4,177 nucleotides of DNA from a virus (taxonomy: Duplodnaviria; Heunggongvirae; Uroviricota; Caudoviricetes), in the IMG/VR virus record IMGVR_UViG_2711768070_000005, positions 1-4,177 of that record. One strand, written 5' to 3'. Position numbers and translations under genes: made by a program. The notes under the pieces are model-generated. The model saw only the letters and a list, made by a program, of their open reading frames with translations. It was not told the DNA's origin and ran no database searches. This document shows positions 1-4,177 of this stretch, in pieces; position 1 is the first letter of the stretch, and each line of letters starts with the position of its first letter.

Positions 1-1
1 T

Positions 2-37
2 CTGGAGCTTATCAGTAAACAGAGAGGTTCGAAGTGA
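2..37 (+). CDS. 3' end of an upstream phage gene (partial, runs off the 5' edge)
   Basis: Frame 2 is open from the window edge to TGA at 35-37. This stop overlaps the GTG start of the next gene as GTGA (34-37), a typical coupled junction. Frame 1 also ends at TAA 16-18, so the frame assignment is uncertain. Confidence 0.25.
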   Translation: MELISKQRGSK

Positions 38-591
38 GCGAAATTAATTATCAGGCACTGCGTGAAAAGGCAGAAAAAGCAACTAAAGGGAGCTACATCG
101 TAGGGCATACATCTGTTAATCGGCATGGCAATTTAACAGGAGTTTTTGTTTGTCAAAAATGGAAAGAAGAACCCGGTGGTGTGATTGCGGAATGTCATGT
201 TAACTGCCTGGTTGAAACAGATGTTCAGGCTTATGCAAACGCTGAATTTATTGCTGCTTTTAATCCAAATGTTGCGCTGGCACTGCTGGATGAACAGGAA
301 AGGAACCAGCAATACATCAAACGCCGCGACCAGGAGAACGAGGATATTGCGCTAACGGTAGGGAAGCTGCGTGTTGAGCTTGAAGCAGAAAAACAGCGGG
401 CAAAAGTTCTATTTATGGAAAATGCTCGGCTTAAGTCAGGCATAGCCGGTCTGATACACCTCGGTATTCGATATGCAGATGTTGAGGTCATGAAAATTGC
501 TGGAGATGCCCAGCTTTCTACTCCATGCACTGACAGCATCATAAACAGCATTGCAGCAGGCATTTTCACCAAAGAGGGGGCAGCACGATGA
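34..591 (+). CDS. Ead/Ea22-like phage early protein (185 aa)
   Basis: GTG start at 34 preceded by AGAGAGG (21-27) at 6-nt spacing. The N-terminal region (QALREKAEKATKG...NAEFIAAFNPNVALALLDEQE) matches my recollection of the Ead/Ea22-like family, followed by a charged coiled-coil-like segment. Family assignment is from memory, not a search. Confidence 0.65.
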   Translation: MSEINYQALREKAEKATKGSYIVGHTSVNRHGNLTGVFVCQKWKEEPGGVIAECHVNCLVETDVQAYANAEFIAAFNPNVALALLDEQERNQQYIKRRDQENEDIALTVGKLRVELEAEKQRAKVLFMENARLKSGIAGLIHLGIRYADVEVMKIAGDAQLSTPCTDSIINSIAAGIFTKEGAAR

Positions 592-731
592 GAACACTAG
601 AGGTTCGCGCTGAAGACGTAATCCCTGGTGATGTGCTCATAACATCTAAAGGTCAACAATGTGCGGTTAAATCTTTTTGGATGGAAAATGACAAAGTGAC
701 TTCAGTTCGGTACGGATGGTTCCGAAACTGA
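588..731 (+). CDS. Small hypothetical phage protein (47 aa), translationally coupled
   Basis: ATG at 588 overlaps the upstream stop as ATGA (588-591). A strong SD, GAGGGGG (574-580), lies 7 nt upstream. Open to TGA at 729-731; translation MRTLEVRAEDVIPGDVLITSKGQQCAVKSFWMENDKVTSVRYGWFRN. Absent from the ORF track because it is short. Confidence 0.5.
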   Translation: MRTLEVRAEDVIPGDVLITSKGQQCAVKSFWMENDKVTSVRYGWFRN

Positions 732-773
732 TTATGACTATGACGAATTGCTTGTTATTGAGAGAGCTGCCTA

Positions 774-1196
774 ATGACCACCTTTACCAAAGAACAGTTA
801 ATCTCCCATGCACGCGAAAGCGTTAGTTATCTGGAAAACTTGAAAGGACGTGTTAGCAAAGAAGGTGCGGACTGCAAAGTTGTTATTGAGATGGTTGCAC
901 GAGATCTAAAACTGGCACGAATTGCACTGGCCTCGCTGGAAGCAAAACCAATAGGTGCATTCCACATTGCAGAACAGCAAGTTGACGGCACAAGTGACTA
1001 CATCAAGGATGGGGAATGGCCTATTGATAATGGAATTATTGAGGTCTACGCCGCTCCCCCCGTTCCAGTAGTACCGGAAGAAAAACCAATGCCTAATCCT
1101 CTTAGCATGTACGCGGTTGATGCTGTTGCCGCTATTGCAGAGGTGAGAGGCTGGAACGCCTGCCGCGCTGCAATGCTTCAGAGAAAAGGAGAGTGA
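774..1196 (+). CDS. Hypothetical phage protein (140 aa)
   Basis: ATG at 774 with GAGAGAG (760-766) 7 nt upstream. The stop TGA (1194-1196) sits 1 nt before the next ATG. No family recognised. Confidence 0.65.
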   Translation: MTTFTKEQLISHARESVSYLENLKGRVSKEGADCKVVIEMVARDLKLARIALASLEAKPIGAFHIAEQQVDGTSDYIKDGEWPIDNGIIEVYAAPPVPVVPEEKPMPNPLSMYAVDAVAAIAEVRGWNACRAAMLQRKGE

Positions 1197-1197
1197 T

Positions 1198-1704
1198 ATG
1201 ACCACTATAACCGATAAGAAACAGTATCCAGGCGAGCAATATCTTAATGAGCTGATCACCAACATAGAGTTTGCGGCAAGGGCACCAGTTGAAGTCGTGA
1301 GAGCGATGGCAGCAGAGCTACAGAAGCGGCGCGAAGCTGATAGTGCAGAACCTGTAAGCCAAACTTACAAGTTAACTTTTGAGCAATGGCTGGAACAGCA
1401 GCACGGCAAAATTGATGTTGATTGCGGCTGTGTGAGCACTGAAACGCTTCTGCACTGGATGCGTGTGGCGTATGAGGCTGGCAACTCTCCGGTAATTCCG
1501 GATGGTTGGATAAACTGTAGTGAGCGAATGCCGGATACAAAAACAGCCGTTCTTGTTGCCGTGGAGTTTGGCAGGAAAGGTGACTGGCGAATGAAATGGG
1601 CGACTTACATCCCGGGGCATCCTGACGCTAATGATGGGTGGATAATTCCTGGTGCGTCGTGGAAACCGTCACACTGGATGCCGCTACCAGAGCCTCCACT
1701 TTGA
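1198..1704 (+). CDS. DUF551-domain phage protein (168 aa) with an N-terminal extension
   Basis: ATG at 1198 with AGGAG (1187-1191) 6 nt upstream. The C-terminal ~65 aa (GWINCSERMPD...VLVAVEFG...GWIIPGASW..SHWMPLPEPPL) fits the DUF551 signature as I recall it (W-I-x-x-x-E-R-L/M-P ... HWMPLPEPP). Confidence 0.75.
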   Translation: MTTITDKKQYPGEQYLNELITNIEFAARAPVEVVRAMAAELQKRREADSAEPVSQTYKLTFEQWLEQQHGKIDVDCGCVSTETLLHWMRVAYEAGNSPVIPDGWINCSERMPDTKTAVLVAVEFGRKGDWRMKWATYIPGHPDANDGWIIPGASWKPSHWMPLPEPPL

Positions 1705-1800
1705 AAGCGAAGCTTATACATATCTTTTACATCAGCAATCTATTGTTAATCTCCAATCAATGTTACGTTGTCATCTCACTCATGCTTTGGAGGTAGTGAT

Positions 1801-1980
1801 ATGTCTTGTCCAAAATGCGGTTCTGGAAATATTGCAAAAGAAAAAACAATGCGTGGATGGTCTGATGATTATGTGTGCTGCGATTGCGGATACAACGACT
1901 CTAAAGACGCATTTGGAGAGCGTGGTAAAAACGATTTTGTCAAAATTAATAAAGAACGCGAAGGCAACGAAAAAAGCTAA
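1801..1980 (+). CDS. Small zinc-ribbon protein (59 aa; CPKC...17 aa...CCDC)
   Basis: ATG at 1801 with a consensus SD, GGAGG (1789-1793), 7 nt upstream. Two Cys pairs (CxxC ... CxxC) form a zinc-ribbon pattern. The ORF track starts this frame at TTG 1768, but the ATG with SD is the more likely start. The overlapping 115-aa ORF (1652-1999) in another frame is judged spurious. Confidence 0.55.
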   Translation: MSCPKCGSGNIAKEKTMRGWSDDYVCCDCGYNDSKDAFGERGKNDFVKINKEREGNEKS

Positions 1981-2043
1981 TTTATTTATTCATATATGAA
2001 AACAATGTAACCAATATTCGAATTGAAGAACTGAAAGAACACC

Positions 2044-2066
2044 AAGCCGCCTGATGGCGGTTTTTT
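2044..2066 (+). terminator. Rho-independent terminator of the upstream early operon
   Basis: GC stem CCGCC (2047-2051), loop TGAT, GGCGG (2056-2060), immediately followed by TTTTTT (2061-2066). It lies 64 nt after the zinc-ribbon stop. Confidence 0.65.
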
Positions 2067-2076
2067 CTTGCCTGAT

Positions 2077-2092
2077 TTGCAGGTTCGATTCC
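2077..2092 (+). other. Orphan tRNA-Arg (argW) T-arm fragment, 16/16 nt; not a functional tRNA
   Basis: TTGCAGGTTCGATTCC is identical to the variable-loop end, T-stem and T-loop of argW as I recall it (...AATTGCAGGTTCGATTCCTGCAGGGGACACCA). The downstream sequence (CTATTCGG) cannot pair with GCAGG, and there is no acceptor stem, so it is a fragment. Confidence 0.55.
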
Positions 2093-2111
2093 CTATTCGG
2101 AGATAGCACTC

Positions 2112-2312
2112 ATGCAACACGAACTACAACCTGATTCACTGGTTGATTTGAAATTCATCATGGCCGATACTGGCTTTGGTAAAACCTTCATCTACGACCG
2201 GATTAAGTCCGGCGACCTGCCAAAAGCCAAAGTTATCCACGGTCGAGCAAGATGGTTATATCGTGACCATTGTGAATTCAAAAATAAGCTCTTAAGCCGC
2301 GCCAATGGGTAA
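2112..2312 (+). CDS. torI: Prophage excisionase / recombination directionality factor, Xis-type winged helix (66 aa)
   Basis: ATG at 2112 with GGAGA (2099-2103) 8 nt upstream. The translation MQHELQPDSLVDLKFIMADTGFGKTFIYDRIKSGDLPKAKVIHGRARWLYRDHCEFKNKLLSRANG matches my memory of E. coli TorI (66 aa, KplE1 RDF). Its position as the last gene before the att core fits an RDF. Confidence 0.8.
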   Translation: MQHELQPDSLVDLKFIMADTGFGKTFIYDRIKSGDLPKAKVIHGRARWLYRDHCEFKNKLLSRANG

Positions 2313-2328
2313 AATAGCGGGTAAAATA
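2307..2328 (+). promoter_or_regulatory. Tandem direct repeat GGGTAAAATA-gc-GGGTAAAATA; candidate integrase arm-type or RDF binding sites in the attR arm
   Basis: Two exact 10-bp copies (2307-2316 and 2319-2328) with 12-bp periodicity. They overlap the torI stop codon and lie 58 bp from the att core. The function is inferred only from position. Confidence 0.35.
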
Positions 2329-2385
2329 TTTCTCACACCTAAAAAACACCATTCCAATCAATCCCCTGCTGCCTCAAGTAGATGT

Positions 2386-2401
2386 CTGCAGGGGACACCA
2401 T
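2386..2401 (+). other. attR core: duplicated 3' end of tRNA-Arg argW (CTGCAGGGGACACCAT); prophage/chromosome junction
   Basis: Exact match to the last 15 nt of argW (CTGCAGGGGACACCA) plus T, the 16-bp core I recall for KplE1 attL/attR. Sequence to the left does not match argW, so identity ends at the core boundary. Confidence 0.7.
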
Positions 2402-2519
2402 TTATCCTTCCAACGAAATCTACCTTCCCCGCGTAAAAGTTGGGTTTGGCAGCACACTTGCCCTAAATCTACTCATTTTCCCTGCAACAGGTTGAAATCT
2501 CAGCACTGTGCGGCGATGA

Positions 2520-2756
2520 CTAAACAGCCCCGGGCCTGGCAATGTAATCATCACACAGAATCCTGATCGCGAAATCTGGCTTGACTCGATACTTCACTCC
2601 GCAATGCATTCCTTGATGGATTAGCAGGCCCGTGATACACGGGACAGGTCGCTGAATTACGACAATTTCCTGGAAATCAGCGAACCGCGTATCCTGAGTA
2701 CATTTGAGCGACTGTTCCAGAACATGAATGAGGCGTTTGGATTAGGCGATTATTAG
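2520..2756 (+). pseudogene. Possible gene relic: protein-like open frame with an in-frame TAG (2622-2624); strand and identity unresolved
   Basis: The plus frame reads LNSPGPGNVIITQNPDREIWLDSILHSAMHSLMD*QARDTRDRSLNYDNFLEISEPRILSTFERLFQNMNEAFGLGDY*. The minus strand in the same codon phase is open across 2520-2741 (…LLIHQGMHCGVKYRVKPDFAIRILCDDYIARPGAV*). There is no credible start or SD on either strand. It could equally be non-coding. Confidence 0.2.
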
Positions 2757-2835
2757 CCGCGATAAGCATTTTGGTATTATTATTTTCCGGTTGAGGGATA
2801 TAGAGCTATCGACAACAACCGGAAAGAGTTTACGT

Positions 2836-4083
2836 CTATATTGCAGAAGGTACAGGCGTTTCCATCACCATTTGCTCACGTTTTTTACTCAGGAAGAAAA
2901 TGCCAAATAACAACATCAGGCAGACAATACCCGAAATTACGAAGAAAACCGTCTGGTAACCTGCATGGTCAAAAAGTATTCCAGTCGGCGTTGAAAGCAA
3001 CACAATCCCCAACGAACTGGCAATTTGAAAACCAATCAGAAAGATCGTCGACGACAGGCGTTTATCAAAGTTTGCCACGCTGTATTTGAAGACGGAAATG
3101 ACACACAGTGGAACCTCAATGGCATGTAACAGCTTCACTAATGAAATAATCCAGGGATTAACGAACAGTGCGCAGGAAAGAATACGCAACGCCATAATCA
3201 CAACACCGATAAGTAATGCATTTTTTGGCCCTACCCGATTAACAAAGAAAGGAATAATGGCCATGCACAGCGCTTCGAGTACAACCTGGAATGAGTTGAG
3301 ATAACCATACAGGCGCGTTCCTACATCGTGTGATTCGAATAAACCTGCATAAAAAACAGGAAAGAGCTGTTGATCAAAAATGTTATAGAAAGACCACGTC
3401 CCCACAATAAATATGACGAAAATCCAGAAGTTTCGATCCTTGAAAACTGCAATAAAATCCTCTTTTTTTACCCCTCCCGCATCTGCCGCTACGCACTGCT
3501 GATCCTGATATTTAAAACGCATGTTGATCATCATAAATACAACGCCAAATAGCGAAACCAACCAGAAGTTGATATGGGGACTGATACTGAAAAATATGCC
3601 AGCAAAGAACGCGCCAATCGCATAGCCAAAAGATCCCCAGGCGCGCGCTGTTCCATATTCGAAATGAAAATTTCGTGCCATTTTTTCGGTGAAGCTATCA
3701 AGCAGACCGCAGCCCGCCAGATACCCCAAGCCAAAAAAGAGCGCCCCCAAAATTAGACCTACAGAAAAATTGCTTTGCAGTAACGGTTCATAAACGTAAA
3801 TCATAAACGGTCCGGTCAAGACCAGGATGAAACTCATACACCAGATAAGCGGTTTCTTCAGACCGAGTTTATCCTGGACGATGCCGTAGACCATCATAAA
3901 TAGAATGCTGGTAAACTGGTTGACCGAATAAAGTGTACCTAATTCCGTCCCAGTCAACCCTAGATGTCCTTTCAGCCAAATAGCGTATAACGACCACCAC
4001 AGCGACCAGGAAATAAAAAAGAGAAATGAGTAACTGGATGCAAAACGATAGTACACATTTCTGAATGGTATATTCAGTGCCAT
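2836..4083 (-). CDS. cscB: Sucrose:H+ symporter, LacY/oligosaccharide-H+ symporter family MFS permease (415 aa)
   Basis: Long minus-strand ORF ending in TAG (complement of 2836-2838). The translation MALNIPFRNVYYRFASSYSFLFFISWSLWW... matches my memory of E. coli CscB and shows LacY-family features. The ORF track start (TTG, 4101) adds 6 residues; the ATG at 4083 giving MALNIPF is the likely real start. Confidence 0.85.
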   Translation of the reverse strand: MALNIPFRNVYYRFASSYSFLFFISWSLWWSLYAIWLKGHLGLTGTELGTLYSVNQFTSILFMMVYGIVQDKLGLKKPLIWCMSFILVLTGPFMIYVYEPLLQSNFSVGLILGALFFGLGYLAGCGLLDSFTEKMARNFHFEYGTARAWGSFGYAIGAFFAGIFFSISPHINFWLVSLFGVVFMMINMRFKYQDQQCVAADAGGVKKEDFIAVFKDRNFWIFVIFIVGTWSFYNIFDQQLFPVFYAGLFESHDVGTRLYGYLNSFQVVLEALCMAIIPFFVNRVGPKNALLIGVVIMALRILSCALFVNPWIISLVKLLHAIEVPLCVISVFKYSVANFDKRLSSTIFLIGFQIASSLGIVLLSTPTGILFDHAGYQTVFFVISGIVCLMLLFGIFFLSKKREQMVMETPVPSAI

Positions 4084-4094
4084 AATTACCGTAA

Positions 4095-4120
4095 GCGTCA
4101 ACGGAGCACCGTATTGACGC
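4095..4120 (-). repeat. Inverted repeat GCGTCAA-N12-TTGACGC in the intergenic space upstream of cscB
   Basis: A 7-bp perfect inverted repeat (4095-4101 and 4114-4120) lies between the stop of the upstream minus-strand gene (4121-4123) and the cscB ATG. It could be an mRNA hairpin or a protein-binding palindrome. Confidence 0.35.
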
Positions 4121-4177
4121 TTATTTATTGGTGAGTACTACGTTCCATGGCAGGAGTTCGTCAACTCGGTTGGAAGG
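4121..4177 (-). CDS. cscK: 3' end of an upstream minus-strand gene (partial, 18 codons plus stop); probably fructokinase cscK
   Basis: Only one minus-strand frame is open from the window edge to TAA (complement of 4121-4123); it reads ...PSNRVDELLPWNVVLTNK*. The cscK assignment rests on the known cscKB operon arrangement; I cannot confirm the CscK C-terminus from memory. Confidence 0.45.
   Translation of the reverse strand, partial: PSNRVDELLPWNVVLTNK

Larger units (their letters stand above)
1..2401 (+). mobile_element. Right-hand end of a lambdoid (KplE1/CPS-53-like) prophage integrated at argW; continues upstream of the window
   Basis: All genes in 1-2312 are plus-strand, tightly packed and overlapping (GTGA, ATGA, TGAtATG junctions). 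Products are phage-typical (Ead/Ea22-like, DUF551, Xis-like RDF). The segment ends at a 16-bp copy of the argW 3' end (2386-2401). Confidence 0.75.

Noticed and set aside
231-572. 113-aa minus-strand ORF from the track
   Set aside because: Lies wholly inside the Ead/Ea22-like CDS on the opposite strand, with no SD or coupled partner; typical antisense shadow frame.
906-1620. Minus-strand ORFs 906-1265, 1256-1540 and 1372-1620
   Set aside because: All are antisense to the coupled plus-strand genes (774-1196, 1198-1704). Their translations are Cys/His/Phe-rich and low-complexity, with no plausible start context.
1705-1800. Possible sigma70 promoter in the 96-bp gap before the zinc-ribbon gene (TTGTTA at 1743-1748)
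   Set aside because: No acceptable -10 hexamer at 16-18 bp spacing; the gene is more simply read as part of the upstream operon.
1652-1999. 115-aa plus-strand ORF overlapping the zinc-ribbon gene in another frame
   Set aside because: Starts at a GTG inside the 3' end of the DUF551 gene without a good SD and runs through an AT-rich intergenic region. The alternative frame has a consensus GGAGG SD and a zinc-ribbon Cys pattern. Not fully excluded; a homology search would decide.
2020-2110. Possible intact tRNA gene around the GGTTCGATTCC T-loop motif
   Set aside because: Only the T-arm 5' half and loop match argW. The sequence after the loop (CTATTCGG) cannot form the T-stem, and no acceptor stem, D-arm or anticodon arm can be drawn, so it is a fragment.
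2350-2370. Possible IHF site near AATCAATCCCCTG in the attR arm
   Set aside because: Matches the WATCAA half of the IHF consensus but lacks the downstream TTR element at the correct spacing.
2787-2822. Inverted repeat CCGGTTG...CAACCGG downstream of cscB as a possible terminator
   Set aside because: The loop is about 22 nt and there is no U-run after the stem on the minus-strand (cscB) transcript, so it does not fit an intrinsic terminator.
2841-3756. Track ORFs 2841-3089(+), 3086-3304(+), 3370-3552(+), 3574-3756(+) and 3531-3734(-)
   Set aside because: All overlap the long, family-recognisable cscB CDS, either antisense or in alternative frames; judged shadow ORFs.
1-4177. CRISPR arrays, insertion-sequence ends or transposase genes
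   Set aside because: No regularly spaced repeats of CRISPR length, no terminal inverted repeats bracketing an ORF, and no transposase-like translation in any frame.

Overview
This window looks like the right-hand end of an Escherichia/Enterobacteriaceae lambdoid prophage integrated at the tRNA-Arg (argW) site, followed by its attR junction and a chromosomal sucrose-utilisation (csc) locus. Positions 1-2401 carry a plus-strand, translationally coupled 'early-left'-type operon (Ead/Ea22-like protein, a 47-aa overlapping small ORF, a 140-aa hypothetical, a DUF551-type protein, a small zinc-ribbon protein), then a rho-independent terminator, then a 66-aa excisionase/RDF that I recognise from memory as TorI of the K-12 KplE1 (CPS-53) prophage. 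The 16-bp attachment core CTGCAGGGGACACCAT (the 3' end of argW) sits at 2386-2401. Beyond it lies ~430 bp with no intact gene but relic open frames, then the LacY-family sucrose permease cscB on the minus strand (2836-4083) and the last 19 codons of an upstream minus-strand gene (probably cscK). The most unusual observation is that the argW 3' homology appears split: a perfect 16-nt T-arm fragment lies 293 bp upstream of the core, with torI in between. All identifications are from reading the sequence and recall of protein families; no searches were run. I see no clear evidence of a new defence or other multi-gene system; the unassigned small prophage genes are the only candidates for something undescribed.
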